A stretch of DNA of 62,207 nt, counting the filler. It is 3 parts of 3 records of this genome, joined end to end, with 100 filler letters (N's around TTAATTAATTAA, not from the genome) between each part and the next. Parts side by side here need not be neighbours in the genome. Positions count along the whole stretch, not along the records: positions 1 to 25,488 come from DRR723986_4990; 2 more parts are not named here. One strand, written 5' to 3'. Position numbers and translations under genes: made by a program. Under the pieces are notes generated by a model. That model saw only the letters and a program-made list of their open reading frames with translations, searched no databases and was not told the origin of the DNA. Shown here one piece after another: positions 8,436 through 18,669 of this stretch (position 1 is its first letter; each line of letters opens with the position of its first letter).

Positions 8436-9491
8436 TCAGCTGGCGTAAGCCGCCGCGAGATCGGGGTCTTTCGCTGCGACGAGATCTGCGAGGTCCGAAA
8501 TCACCTTGGCCTGTTTCCAGGTGGCGTCATCCTGCATCTTGCCGTCGATCATGGCGACGCCGGTACCGTCCGGCATGGCGGCGAGGATCTTGCGGGCGAA
8601 TTTCACCTCGTCCGGATCGGGGCTGAACACGCGCTTGGCGATGGCGATCTGGTTCGGGTGCAGGCTCCACGTGCCGGAACAGCCGAGCAGGAACGCATTG
8701 CGGAACTGCTGTTCGCAAGCGTCGAGATCGGCAATGTCACCGAACGGGCCGTAGAAGGCATTGATGCCGGCCATGCGGCAGGCGTCGACCATGCGGGCGA
8801 TCGTGTAGTGCCACGGGTCCTGCTGGGCGGAAGAGCGGGCGCTGCCGTCTTCCTGCGGATCTTCGATCACGCGGTAGAAGGGGTGGCCGCCGCCGACGCG
8901 GGTGGTCTTCATCTTGCGGTCTGCAGCCAGGTCTGCCGGGCCGAGGCTGATGCCCTGCATGCGCGGAGAGGCGAGGGCGATGTCTTCCACCAGTGCCATG
9001 CCCTGGGCGGTCTCGAGGATCGCATGGAACAGGATCGGGCGGGTGAGGCCGGCCTTTGCTTCCAGCTGGGCGACATACTGGTCGGCAAAGTGAATGTCCC
9101 AGGGGCCTTCGACCTTCGGCAGCATGATCACGTCGAGCTGGTGGCCGGCGTTCAGCACGAGCTGGGAGACATCTTCCTGGAACCAGGGCGAGTTCAGCGG
9201 GTTCACACGGCTCCAGAAGCCGGTGCCCTTGCCCTGCCAGTCATACATGGAGGCCATTTCGATGGCGCCGGCGCGGGCGGCATCCTTGGCGTCGGCCGGG
9301 ATTGCGTCTTCCAGATTGGCGAGGATCACGTCCACGCCGGGGGCCATGTCCGGCACCTTGGCGCGCACTTTGTCGAGATGCGGCGGGACGAAGTGAATCA
9401 TCCGCTCCAGCTTGACGGGAAGGTCCCGCATCGGCTCCGGCGCGCCGATGGCGAGCGGTTTGAAGAAATTGCGCGGTGTTTTCTGTGACAT
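8436..9491 (-). CDS. mcl: CitE-family CoA-ester lyase, malyl-CoA/beta-methylmalyl-CoA lyase-like
   Basis: [50 protein letters not shown]-terminus [12 protein letters not shown] recalled from Chloroflexus-type Mcl. Confidence 0.8.
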   Translation of the reverse strand: MSQKTPRNFFKPLAIGAPEPMRDLPVKLERMIHFVPPHLDKVRAKVPDMAPGVDVILANLEDAIPADAKDAARAGAIEMASMYDWQGKGTGFWSRVNPLNSPWFQEDVSQLVLNAGHQLDVIMLPKVEGPWDIHFADQYVAQLEAKAGLTRPILFHAILETAQGMALVEDIALASPRMQGISLGPADLAADRKMKTTRVGGGHPFYRVIEDPQEDGSARSSAQQDPWHYTIARMVDACRMAGINAFYGPFGDIADLDACEQQFRNAFLLGCSGTWSLHPNQIAIAKRVFSPDPDEVKFARKILAAMPDGTGVAMIDGKMQDDATWKQAKVISDLADLVAAKDPDLAAAYAS

Positions 9492-9576
9492 GTTTTCTGC
9501 CCCTGACTTTTGCCGATACGCCTAGGGCGAATGTTGCAGCGCGTCAAATCGCCATTTGGCCGCGTTGGCGACAGAT

Positions 9577-9601
9577 GGAACGACTGTCTCGCCGGGGCGT
9601 T
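9577..9601 (+). promoter_or_regulatory. EcfG/SigT (general stress ECF sigma) promoter GGAAC-N16-CGTT
   Basis: Exact consensus match ending 35 nt upstream of the Pmp3/YqaE start codon. Confidence 0.75.
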
Positions 9602-9636
9602 GATCCGGCAGAAGAGCTGACGAGAAAGGTAATATC

Positions 9637-9813
9637 ATGTCCATTCTGATGATCCTGCTCACCATCCTGTTCCCGCCTGTGCCTGTGGCACTCAAGGAAG
9701 GGATCGGTACGCAGCTTCTGCTCAATGTGCTTCTCACATTGATTGGCTGGCTCCCGGGCGTCATCCACGCCTTCTGGGTCCAGACCCGCGGATCTAACGC
9801 GATCGAGATGTAG
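9637..9813 (+). CDS. YqaE/Pmp3 family small membrane protein (58 aa)
   Basis: Hand translation MSILMILLTILFPPVPVALKEGIGTQLLLNVLLTLIGWLPGVIHAFWV... has the PP and NxLLTxxGWxPGxIHA signature; SD AAAGG. Missed by the ORF track. Confidence 0.92.
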   Translation: MSILMILLTILFPPVPVALKEGIGTQLLLNVLLTLIGWLPGVIHAFWVQTRGSNAIEM

Positions 9814-9840
9814 GTTTTTTCGTGAGGTGGCGGCCGCTGT

Positions 9841-10077
9841 TCAGGCGTCGGCTGTCGTTTCGCCAGCGGCCATGCGCTTTTCGGAGCGGATGGCGCGGCG
9901 GAATACGGCAATGCCAATGGCAACCACGCCAATCGCGGTCACGGCTTCCCCGCCCAGGATCACAGAAGATCCGAAATGCATCTCCGCCAGGATCGACCAG
10001 GTGGCGGTGAAGAACACAATGGCGGCGATCTCAGTGAGCAGCGCTGCCGGAATGATCGCTTTCATCAACGGACCCAT
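9841..10077 (-). CDS. Hypothetical two-TM membrane protein (78 aa)
   Basis: Two hydrophobic helices and a basic C-terminal tail; GGAGAG upstream of ATG 10077. Confidence 0.65.
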   Translation of the reverse strand: MGPLMKAIIPAALLTEIAAIVFFTATWSILAEMHFGSSVILGGEAVTAIGVVAIGIAVFRRAIRSEKRMAAGETTADA

Positions 10078-10154
10078 GGGGCTCTCCACATCTGTTGCCG
10101 GCAATATCGTCCCACGCGCGCCTGATCGCAAGCGGGATTAGCCGTTGCGGGCCT

Positions 10155-11069
10155 TTAACTGCGGGCCAGGGGATGGGCGGTTTCCAGAAGTTCGGCGAGC
10201 TCGTCGGTGAGGACGTGGGTGTAGATCTGGGTCGTGGCGATGTCGGCGTGGCCGAGGAGGGTCTGCACGCTGCGCAGGTCTGCGCCGCCCATCAGGAGGT
10301 GGGTGGCATAGGCATGGCGCAGGGCGTGAGGGTGTACCCGGTTCGGCCTTATGCCGGCCATGATCGCCAGCTCTTCCAGCAACTGGCCGAGGCGCCGGCG
10401 CGTCAGGTGGCCTTCCTTGCCACGAGAGGGGAAGACGAATTTCTCTGCGCGCGTGCGGGCGAGGCTGTTCTTCGGAAGGTGCTCTTCGCGCACAGCCAGC
10501 CAGTCTGACAAAGCTGCCAGCGCCGGGCCGCCCAGCGGACAGAGGCGTTCCTTGCCACCCTTGCCGCGAATGATGACATCGCGCGTCACCCAGCGCTCCC
10601 CCTTGCGGCGGGGGAGGGAGCCGAGCGTCAGCGAGACGAGTTCCGACACACGCAGGCCCGCACCATAGAGCAGTTCGACCAGCGCTTTCAGCCGCAAATC
10701 TTCCCCGCAAGTTTCGATCAGGCGAGCCATTTCCTCACGCGACAGCACATCCGGCACATCGCGGGAGGGTTTTGGCCCGTCCAGCTTTGCGGTTGGGTCG
10801 TCCTTGCGGTCGCCCTCTTCGAACAGGAAGCGGAAGAATCGGCGCACGGCGGAGAGTTTACGTGCCTGGGACGAGGGCGCCATGCCGCGCGCGGCAAGAT
10901 CGGCCAGCCATCCGGCAAGATCGCGCGGGCCCGCGGTCTCCAGCTTGCCGCCGCAATATTCCGAGGCGTCCAGCAGGTCACGGCCGTAGGCATCGAGCGT
11001 GTTCGGCGAGGCCCCCCGCTCGGCGGACATCATTTCAAGGAAGGCTTCTATACGCGCGCGATCAGACAT
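10155..11069 (-). CDS. xerD: Site-specific tyrosine recombinase XerD
   Basis: [52 protein letters not shown]. xerD...aroK-aroB synteny is typical of Alphaproteobacteria. Confidence 0.9.
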   Translation of the reverse strand: MSDRARIEAFLEMMSAERGASPNTLDAYGRDLLDASEYCGGKLETAGPRDLAGWLADLAARGMAPSSQARKLSAVRRFFRFLFEEGDRKDDPTAKLDGPKPSRDVPDVLSREEMARLIETCGEDLRLKALVELLYGAGLRVSELVSLTLGSLPRRKGERWVTRDVIIRGKGGKERLCPLGGPALAALSDWLAVREEHLPKNSLARTRAEKFVFPSRGKEGHLTRRRLGQLLEELAIMAGIRPNRVHPHALRHAYATHLLMGGADLRSVQTLLGHADIATTQIYTHVLTDELAELLETAHPLARS

Positions 11070-11160
11070 TCACCCAGTCTGGCATGGGCAGGTTGAAAGG
11101 GTGTGAACAAGGTGTCGGCCAGAAGCACGGGCGCATCAGCCCGCGCTTCTGCCAAAGGGG

Positions 11161-13128
11161 TCAGCGTTCAGGATTATACCAGACCGGGCTTGTCCAGGCG
11201 CGTTCCTGTATGGTTGAGGGCATGTCCGGATTGGGCGGCGTGCCGTTGCGGGCAGCATCCCAACTGGACCAGCGGCAGGATGGGTTTTCCAGCACACGGA
11301 CATAATAGGCAGAGCGGCGGGATGCGTCGAAGTCTGGGTCCGTCCAGAGCGCTTTCATCTCGCCAACGCCTGTGCCGTCGTCGGTGGAGCAGTCAGTGAG
11401 GTTGACGCTGGCGCCATTGTCCGAGCACCGATGAGTATCCGGATCGGGCAGGGCGCCGCCGGAACAGGCTGCATCATAGACGGCCTCATGCGCGGTGCCG
11501 TCCCCATCGGTCCAGACCTTCACGACCTGGAGACGCTGCAGGGGATAGGAATCCGGATCGCGCATCGCCCAGGCGAGGATTTTCGGTGCGGTACCTGTGC
11601 CGGTCAGCATGCCGCCCTGCGGCACGCCCGCCTCGTAAGCACTGGCGACAAGCTCCGGATCGGAGAGGATCGCCTCTTCATAGTTGAAGCTCGCAAACAT
11701 GCGGGCCTTCAGGCGCGGGCCGGACGTGCCGAACGTTTCCTTGCGGCGGATGGCATCGAAGATGGCTTCGCGCGTGTTTTCATTCGCCCACACACCAGCA
11801 AGGCCCGAGGCGCTGTATTGTCTGGCAGCCAGCAGGCGGCGCATGTTCGGAACCATTACGCCATCGGCGGGAATGGACGCTTCCGCTTCGGTCGCGTCCC
11901 AGGTCATTGCGCCATCCGGCGGAATGGAATGGCGGGCTGCGGGATCTGCACCATCGACCGGGAACTTGCCCCAGAACTTCTCTTCAATGAAGGGGCCGGC
12001 ACCGATATGGGTGTCGCTGGAGCCAATGAAGCCGAACTTGAACGGGTTGAAGCCTTTCGTGTCGGCGAGGCCGAGGCCGCGCGCCAGCGCGTTGCGGGCA
12101 TAGTCCCCGATATGCGGCGAGGATTTCGCAGCACTGCCGATGAAGGTCTCGTAGAGTTCGAAATTCGCCCACTCGTCATTCGGCGAGAGGGAGGGGTGAA
12201 CTTCAGACGTGCCCTTGATCTGGGTGATCTCGATCACCGGCTCGTTGCGCATGCGGGTGACAGCATAGTCAGCCGTCAGTTCGCCGCCTTCATAGGTTTC
12301 AGAGGCGAACATCTCGCCATTCGACGCGTTCGAATTGTGCGGGATCGACATGACGTCCCGGCCCTCTGTGCGCTGGGCGTCCATCCAGGACCAGAGATCC
12401 TCCGGGTTCGGCGAATCGAGGGTGGAGAAAAGGCGCGCGGGCGCTTCGCCGCGGAAGATGACATTGCGGTGCAGGTTCGCCGCCGCCGGGATTTCGGATT
12501 CCAGCACCGGCGTCATGGCGGTGAACTCATACCCGGCGAAGGTTGTGAACTTGCCGGGCTCGTAATGGCGTTCGGCCGCATCGATGGCGCGCTGCCAGGC
12601 CGAATCGATCACGTCCCGGTCGTAGATCTCCTCGATCTCGTCGCCGGAGACGATGGTCAGGCCGACATTCTGGAAGGACTGGGCCGGGTTCTCGGCATCC
12701 GGTCCGAACACGGTCTTTGCGAAGGCGGTCTGCGAGAGGGCCGTGCCCGGCGTCGCCATGGCCGGCATGATGCCCATGTATTCGCCATGGTCGGTCACGG
12801 CGAGGAAATCGAGCGGGCCATTCAGCTGCACGTCATAGCCGCCGTCGGTAGTGATCTTCTCGCCCTTGGCAAAACGGTAGGCATCGTCCGGCGTCGCACG
12901 GACGGAGGAAATGAAGGCGTCGAAGGACTGGCCGGTGTGGACGTGCAGGTCACCGAACAGGGCGATGCGGCCTGCCGGGGCAGGGTGCGCGGCTTCGGCT
13001 GGTGTGGTTTCGGCGAGTGTTTCCGGCGTGCTGGCCGCAGTGTCCGGCGCGGATGCAGTATCCTGCGGGGCGGTGCAGGCAGCCGCCAGCATCAAGGCGG
13101 CGAGGCTCGCCTGTCCCAGATAATTCAT
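11161..13128 (-). CDS. DUF3604-like lipoprotein (PHP-like metal-binding fold)
   Basis: Lipobox LAAAC; GDLHVHT, LDFLAVTDH, NLHRNV, IPHNSN, GSSDTH, YYVRVLE, IQERAWTSPVW. Confidence 0.8.
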   Translation of the reverse strand: MNYLGQASLAALMLAAACTAPQDTASAPDTAASTPETLAETTPAEAAHPAPAGRIALFGDLHVHTGQSFDAFISSVRATPDDAYRFAKGEKITTDGGYDVQLNGPLDFLAVTDHGEYMGIMPAMATPGTALSQTAFAKTVFGPDAENPAQSFQNVGLTIVSGDEIEEIYDRDVIDSAWQRAIDAAERHYEPGKFTTFAGYEFTAMTPVLESEIPAAANLHRNVIFRGEAPARLFSTLDSPNPEDLWSWMDAQRTEGRDVMSIPHNSNASNGEMFASETYEGGELTADYAVTRMRNEPVIEITQIKGTSEVHPSLSPNDEWANFELYETFIGSAAKSSPHIGDYARNALARGLGLADTKGFNPFKFGFIGSSDTHIGAGPFIEEKFWGKFPVDGADPAARHSIPPDGAMTWDATEAEASIPADGVMVPNMRRLLAARQYSASGLAGVWANENTREAIFDAIRRKETFGTSGPRLKARMFASFNYEEAILSDPELVASAYEAGVPQGGMLTGTGTAPKILAWAMRDPDSYPLQRLQVVKVWTDGDGTAHEAVYDAACSGGALPDPDTHRCSDNGASVNLTDCSTDDGTGVGEMKALWTDPDFDASRRSAYYVRVLENPSCRWSSWDAARNGTPPNPDMPSTIQERAWTSPVWYNPER

Positions 13129-13215
13129 GAATTCCTCCCTCGGGCCTCTCGGTCGGGCCTTCCAATTGTGGCACAGCATCTGCCTTCTCCGGCAGAGATC
13201 AAGCGGGAGTTCGGA

Positions 13216-15024
13216 TCAGGGCGTTTCTTTCCAGTAGCCGGTTGCTTCAAGCGCCAGCAGGCGCGCGGCGTCCTCGGCACCGATATCCTCAAGCGCGGCG
13301 AGGATCAGCGTAATATCCGCAAGACCGAGTTCGGATGGATCGCCATTGGTAAGCGAGACGGTCCGCAGCACGACTTCCGCGGCGGTGCCGGACCGGGCTG
13401 CGGCCCAGATCGCAATCGCGTCACCGGGGGCGGACGAGGAGTCTGCTGTCGGGCTTTCGCTGGACAGGAAGGTCCGCGCCTCGGATGGCGGCGCCGTGCC
13501 GGCTGCGGCCCAGAGCGCAAACATGCGCGCGGCGGCTTCGGCCTTGTCTTCATTCCGTGCGGCCGCGATCAGCTGGTCCGCGGCGGCCTCAATGGCGTCC
13601 TTGCCGGCGTCAGCATCAGCAAGAATGACCAGCGCGCCGATCCAGGCAGCTTCGAAAGTCGGCGGCTCTGCAATGGGGTCTGCTTCGTCGGGCAGCATTT
13701 CGTCTTCTGAGAGGAGCTCATCGGAGCCCTCCTCCGCATCGGTATTCTCCGGCGGGCCGCCGGTTTCGATCGTGATGCCGGTCGGGACCAGCAGGTTTGC
13801 CGGGACACTTGCCTCGGTGTCTTCAGGAGCAGGCCCGATCTCTTCAAGCGTCGGTTCGGGGGCCGCAGGTTCCGGTTCTGGTTCCGGCTTGGGCGGCGCG
13901 ACCCAGCGGATCGCTTCATCGAATTCACCTGCAGCAATATTGGCGCGGGCGAACAGGAAGGCCTTGTCCTCGGTGTCGGGGCTGAGCGGCAGTTTTGCCA
14001 TACCGGCCCGCAGCAGGCTGGCGGTAGCGGCGAAATGGGCCGGACTTTCCTCTGCTTCGATCAGCGCGGCGGCGATGGCCTCTGCCGTTTCAGCGTCGCT
14101 GCTCATCCCATCGGCGGCTGCGAACATGGCCTCGCTGAGCAGGGTGCGCGGATTGAATCCGTCGGCGGCGAGGGCAGAATTGTAGGCGATGCGGAATTCT
14201 TCGCGGTCGATCAGGCCCGCTTCGGCAGCAATCTGAGCCGCTTTGACGCGCACGTCCGGCGGCGTCAGTTTGCGGCGCGCCATGGCGGCGGCGATGTCGG
14301 CCCGGTCTTGCGGGACGGCGTCGGGCGTGACTTCCAGAACGGCACGGTTCGACATGGCAAAGCCGATGCCGCTGTCGAATCTTGCCTTGGGCGGGTTCGG
14401 CGTGACGCCGGACATGGCGAAGATCGCGCTTGCCAGCCAGCCATCTTCCACGCCCTGGGCCTGCGCCATCTCCATGGCAAGCTCGGCGCCGGACGTGTTG
14501 CCCGCGAGCGCGGCGCAGACGGCGCGCAGCCTTGGCCAGTAGTCGCTCTCAGGGTTTGGCGTGTTCAGCGCCTCGCAGGCGGTCGCTTCATTGCCGAGGA
14601 CGAGGTTCAGGTCTGCGGCCATGGCAAGGGCGTCCACGCCGGGCGGGGGTGTCTTCAGCTCGGAGAACTGGCCCGCGGCCGCAGCTGCTTCGCCAAGCTC
14701 GAATGCAATCCGGGCGCGTTCGGCGAGCAGGGCGTCACGGTCTTCCCCTTCCGGGGCGCGCCCGCCCGACAGGGCCAGGCGGCGCATAAGGATCTGTTCG
14801 GCGGGGCTGAGGCGCTTGGTGCGGGCATCCTGCATCAGGGCAAGCAGGTCTTCCCCGCGCGCGCCGCGCCACATGCGCGTCCGCAGCGCCGGTTCGTCTT
14901 CGCCGAGATAACTGATTCCCCAGGGATCGACCTGTTCGAGCCAGCTGTCCTCGATCTGCGCGTGCGCCGGACAACCAAGGAGTGTAGCCAGAGCCGCGCC
15001 GGCAAGGGCCCGTCTAGACCACAT
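13216..15024 (-). CDS. Hypothetical exported helical protein (~602 aa) with an acidic Pro/Glu-rich insert
   Basis: Signal peptide MWSRRALAGAALATLLGCPAHA; long Ala-rich helical ORF whose start overlaps the upstream small gene. Confidence 0.8.
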   Translation of the reverse strand: MWSRRALAGAALATLLGCPAHAQIEDSWLEQVDPWGISYLGEDEPALRTRMWRGARGEDLLALMQDARTKRLSPAEQILMRRLALSGGRAPEGEDRDALLAERARIAFELGEAAAAAGQFSELKTPPPGVDALAMAADLNLVLGNEATACEALNTPNPESDYWPRLRAVCAALAGNTSGAELAMEMAQAQGVEDGWLASAIFAMSGVTPNPPKARFDSGIGFAMSNRAVLEVTPDAVPQDRADIAAAMARRKLTPPDVRVKAAQIAAEAGLIDREEFRIAYNSALAADGFNPRTLLSEAMFAAADGMSSDAETAEAIAAALIEAEESPAHFAATASLLRAGMAKLPLSPDTEDKAFLFARANIAAGEFDEAIRWVAPPKPEPEPEPAAPEPTLEEIGPAPEDTEASVPANLLVPTGITIETGGPPENTDAEEGSDELLSEDEMLPDEADPIAEPPTFEAAWIGALVILADADAGKDAIEAAADQLIAAARNEDKAEAAARMFALWAAAGTAPPSEARTFLSSESPTADSSSAPGDAIAIWAAARSGTAAEVVLRTVSLTNGDPSELGLADITLILAALEDIGAEDAARLLALEATGYWKETP

Positions 15025-15148
15025 CTTCAACCTCGATCCGGATCTCGCCCGGGGCCGGCTTGCCTTGCTCTGCCTTGGTGCCCAGCCACCACAGGCCTGC
15101 CAGCCCAATCACCGCCAAGAGTCCGAGCAGGATCAGGAATTTGCGCAT
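15014..15148 (-). CDS. Small single-TM protein (44 aa)
   Basis: MRKFLILLGLLAVIGLAGLWWLGTKAEQGKPAPGEIRIEVEDVV; GAGGTG upstream; overlaps the next gene's start. Confidence 0.7.
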   Translation of the reverse strand: MRKFLILLGLLAVIGLAGLWWLGTKAEQGKPAPGEIRIEVEDVV

Positions 15149-15257
15149 GAGATCACACCTCTGGGTTGTATTCGGTCTTTTGCGGCCCACCTTCACCAAT
15201 TGCGAAGGCCTTACCGTCTCTATAGGAAATGAACCGAACCGGCCATGAAAGTCCAGA

Positions 15258-15830
15258 ATGCCATCTGACAGCGACAGTCCAGCGCAAGAAAAACCGGCGG
15301 CTCTGCCTTATGAGTCGCGCACAATTGCGCTTGTCGGCCTGATGGGCGCCGGCAAGTCGACCGTCGGGCGGCGGCTCGCCGAGAAGCTGGACCGCCCGTT
15401 CTATGACAGCGATACCGAAATCGAGAAGGCGGCAGGCCTGTCGATTTCGGACATCTTCGCCCTGCATGGCGAGGCGGATTTCCGGCGCGGCGAACAGCAG
15501 GTGCTGAAACGCCTGCTGGCGATGCCGCCGCATGTGCTGGCCACCGGGGGCGGGGCCTATCTCAATGAGGAGACACGCGCCCTGATGCGGGAGCATGCCG
15601 TGACCGTGTGGCTGAACGCGGACCTCGAAACCCTGTGGAAGCGCGTGCAGAAGCGCGATACACGCCCGCTGTTGCAGCGCGGCGATGCCAAGAGCGTGCT
15701 GACGAACCTGCTGGCAGAGCGCACGCCGATCTACTCGCAGGCCGATCTCGTCGTCCGATCCAAAGACGGTCCGCACACCAACACGGTGAATGCCATCCTG
15801 AAGGCCCTGAAGACCTGGAAACCCGAATGA
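15258..15830 (+). CDS. aroK: Shikimate kinase
   Basis: [30 protein letters not shown]. Confidence 0.96.
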   Translation: MPSDSDSPAQEKPAALPYESRTIALVGLMGAGKSTVGRRLAEKLDRPFYDSDTEIEKAAGLSISDIFALHGEADFRRGEQQVLKRLLAMPPHVLATGGGAYLNEETRALMREHAVTVWLNADLETLWKRVQKRDTRPLLQRGDAKSVLTNLLAERTPIYSQADLVVRSKDGPHTNTVNAILKALKTWKPE

Positions 15831-16957
15831 GTGTGACTGCCCCCGAACTGGAAACCGTGTCTGTCGATCTCGGCGCCCGGTCTTACGATATCCTTGTCGG
15901 CCATGGCGCGCTGGCTGAGCTCGGCCCGCGCCTCCTGCCGATGCTGAAGCAGAAGCGCGTCTTCGTGCTGACCGATGACCATGTCGCCGCTGCGCACCGG
16001 GCCCGTGTCGAAGCCGTGCTCTCGGCTTCCGGCATCACGTCCAGCTGGCTGGCGCTGACGCCGGGCGAGAAGACCAAGAGTTTCTCCAATCTCGAAGCCA
16101 TTCTCGACTGGCTGCTGGAAGGCGGAGCGGACCGTTCCGATATTCTGGTCGCGCTCGGCGGCGGTGTGATCGGCGATATTGCCGGTCTCTCGGCCAGCCT
16201 GATGAAGCGCGGCATGGGTTTCGTGCAGGTGCCGACGACGCTGCTGGCGCAGGTCGATTCCTCCGTTGGCGGAAAGACAGCTGTGAACAGCCCGCGCGGC
16301 AAGAATCTGATAGGTGCCTTCTACCAGCCGCGGCTGGTGATCGCCGACACCGAATTGCTTGCCACGCTGCCCGCACGGGAGCTGCGCGCGGGCTATGCCG
16401 AGATCGTCAAATACGGCCTGATCAATGACCCGGCCTTTTTCGACTGGCTGGAAACGAACGGCGCGCGCGTGCTGGCACTGAAAGCAGACGCGATCACTTA
16501 TGCTGTTGCCGTCAGCTGCCGGGCGAAGGCCGCCATCGTGGCAGAGGATGAAACCGAGAAGGGCGTGCGCGCGCTGCTGAACCTTGGCCACACATTCGGT
16601 CATGCGCTGGAAGCGGCGAACAATTACCGTCCGGACCTGTTGCACGGCGAAGCCGTCGCCATCGGCATGGCGCTCGCCTTCCGGTATGGCGCTGCCCAGG
16701 GCATAATGCCGGCGGAAGATGCCGCGCGGGTACGCCGGGTGCTGGAAGCCTCCGGACTGCAAGCGGCCATTCCCGGCCGGCAGGGCGGGGCGTATATGGC
16801 CAGCGAACTCGTCCGCCTGATGCAACAGGACAAGAAGGCCAGCGGCGGAAAAGTGCCGCTGATTCTCGCCCGCGGCATCGGACAGGCATACATTCATCCC
16901 GATGCAGACCTTGCCGCCGTGGAAGACTTCCTGCGCGGCGAGACACTTGAGGGATAA
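15827..16957 (+). CDS. aroB: 3-dehydroquinate synthase
   Basis: [49 protein letters not shown] overlap with aroK. Confidence 0.96.
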   Translation: MSVTAPELETVSVDLGARSYDILVGHGALAELGPRLLPMLKQKRVFVLTDDHVAAAHRARVEAVLSASGITSSWLALTPGEKTKSFSNLEAILDWLLEGGADRSDILVALGGGVIGDIAGLSASLMKRGMGFVQVPTTLLAQVDSSVGGKTAVNSPRGKNLIGAFYQPRLVIADTELLATLPARELRAGYAEIVKYGLINDPAFFDWLETNGARVLALKADAITYAVAVSCRAKAAIVAEDETEKGVRALLNLGHTFGHALEAANNYRPDLLHGEAVAIGMALAFRYGAAQGIMPAEDAARVRRVLEASGLQAAIPGRQGGAYMASELVRLMQQDKKASGGKVPLILARGIGQAYIHPDADLAAVEDFLRGETLEG

Positions 16958-16977
16958 CAGGGGACATACGGGCTGAC

Positions 16978-18240
16978 ATGATCGCCGGGTACATCATCGC
17001 CATCTTCGTCTTGCTGGCGCTTTCGGGCTTCTTCTCGGGATCCGAGACGGCGCTGACGGCGGCCTCGCGCGCGCGCATGCATGCGCTGGAAAAGGACGGC
17101 GACAAGCGCGCCGCGGCCGTGAACCGGCTGATCTCCAACCGGGAAGGGCTGATCGGCTCGATCCTGCTGGGCAACAATGTCGTGAACATTCTTGCCTCGG
17201 TGTTGGCGACCTCGCTGTTCACCCAGCTATTCGGGCAAGGCGGTATGGCCATGGCGATGGCGACCGGTGTGATGACGATTCTCGTGCTCGTCTTTGCCGA
17301 AGTGATGCCGAAGACTTACGCGATTGGCCGTCCGGATGCGATGGCGATGACTGTGGCGGGCATCATCTCCGTCCTCGTGGCGCTGGTGTCGTGGATCGTG
17401 ACCGCGATCCAGGCGATCGTCACGGTGACGCTGAAACTGCTGGGCCTTGGCGCGCCGGCCGAAGCGATCACGGCGGATGAGGAAATCCGCGGCGCGATCG
17501 ACCTGCATGCCTTTGAAGGCGGTGTCGCCGCGGCCGACCGGCAGCGCCTTGTCGGCGCGCTGGACCTCAAGGAACTGACCGTCGAAGACGTCATGATCCA
17601 CCGCAAGAACATAAAGATGCTGAGCGCCGACCTCGATCCGCGCCAGATGGTGATGAAGGCGCTGGCCAGCCCGCATACGCGCATCCCGCTCTATCGCGGG
17701 GAGAAGGAAGAGATTGTTGGCATCCTGCACGCCAAGGATTTGCTGCGGGCAATCATCCCGTTGGGTGGAAACCTCGCCAGCCTCGACCTCGATTCCATCA
17801 TGCGCAAGCCCTGGTTCGTGCCGGAGACGACACCCGTGCAGGACCAGCTCGATGCCTTCCTGAAAGAACGTAGCCACTTCGCCCTCGTTATCGATGAATA
17901 TGGCGAGCTGCAGGGTCTGATCACGCTGGAAGACATTCTCGAAGAGATCGTTGGCTCCATCCATGACGAGCATGACATCGCCGTGCAGGGTGTGCGCCCG
18001 CAGGAGGATGGCTCGGTCAATGTCGACGGCTGGGTGCCGATCCGCGATGTGAACCGGGCGATGAACTGGAACCTGCCGGACGATGAAGCCGTCACGGTGG
18101 CGGGCCTTGTCATTCACGAAGCGCAGACCATTCCGGAAGCGGGGCAGAGCTTCGTGTTCCACGGTTACCGGTTCAATGTGCTGCGCCGCCAGCGCAATCA
18201 GGTAACGGGCCTCAATATCTCAGTAATCGAGCCCGCCTGA
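16978..18240 (+). CDS. HlyC/CorC (CNNM + CBS) family transporter
   Basis: FFSGSETA, EVMPK, CBS pair (HTRIPLY, IDEYGELQGLITLEDILEEIVG) and C-terminal CorC domain. Confidence 0.92.
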   Translation: MIAGYIIAIFVLLALSGFFSGSETALTAASRARMHALEKDGDKRAAAVNRLISNREGLIGSILLGNNVVNILASVLATSLFTQLFGQGGMAMAMATGVMTILVLVFAEVMPKTYAIGRPDAMAMTVAGIISVLVALVSWIVTAIQAIVTVTLKLLGLGAPAEAITADEEIRGAIDLHAFEGGVAAADRQRLVGALDLKELTVEDVMIHRKNIKMLSADLDPRQMVMKALASPHTRIPLYRGEKEEIVGILHAKDLLRAIIPLGGNLASLDLDSIMRKPWFVPETTPVQDQLDAFLKERSHFALVIDEYGELQGLITLEDILEEIVGSIHDEHDIAVQGVRPQEDGSVNVDGWVPIRDVNRAMNWNLPDDEAVTVAGLVIHEAQTIPEAGQSFVFHGYRFNVLRRQRNQVTGLNISVIEPA

Positions 18241-18597
18241 GTCCGGCGTCACAGTCGACACATTCATGGAAGCCTGCTGGCGCGCCGCCGGGCTGTGGCA
18301 GCCATGGCGGATCAGCCAGACACGCTGGTCGGGCGTCACGACATGGGCGCTGATCACATTCAGATTGTCTGCTGGCACGAGGGCGTAGCTCATCTCGCTA
18401 GTGGGCACGTCGTGAGACACCGGCAGGAACAGGATTTCATCACCTGTTGCGCAGACCGTGTCGCGAATCTCGTAGAGCATGCCGAGGTCAGCACGGGCGT
18501 CGAATCGCGTATCGAAACTGGCGCTCGTCTCCTGGGCGGACGCTGCGCACACGCAACCGCCTGCGGCCAGCGCCGCCATGATCATCCTGATTCCCAT
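18220..18597 (-). CDS. Hypothetical secreted protein (~125 aa)
   Basis: Signal peptide ending ASA-QE; GAGGAG SD 8 nt upstream; ECF-like promoter upstream; 21-nt convergent overlap with corC. Confidence 0.65.
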   Translation of the reverse strand: MGIRMIMAALAAGGCVCAASAQETSASFDTRFDARADLGMLYEIRDTVCATGDEILFLPVSHDVPTSEMSYALVPADNLNVISAHVVTPDQRVWLIRHGCHSPAARQQASMNVSTVTPDSGGLDY

Positions 18598-18628
18598 CAC
18601 CCGTTCTCCTCGACGGTGTTGAGGAGAA

Positions 18629-18654
18629 TACGTTCAGGTAGGGAAAGGGGTTCC
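18629..18654 (-). promoter_or_regulatory. ECF-sigma-like promoter GGAAC-N17-CGTA
   Basis: Minus strand reads GGAAC ccctttccctacctgaa CGTA, just upstream of the 125-aa gene. Confidence 0.55.
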
Positions 18655-18669
18655 GAAGAATCCCAAAAA

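Noticed and set aside
10155..11069. Tyrosine recombinase as a phage or island integrase
   Set aside because: Size, motifs and aroK/aroB synteny fit chromosomal XerD; no att repeats or cargo seen.
11431..13710. 759-aa + strand ORF, and similar long ORFs at 7914-9488, 23094-24707 and 51561-52817
   Set aside because: Antisense shadows of well-supported genes in GC-rich DNA; no recognisable motifs.
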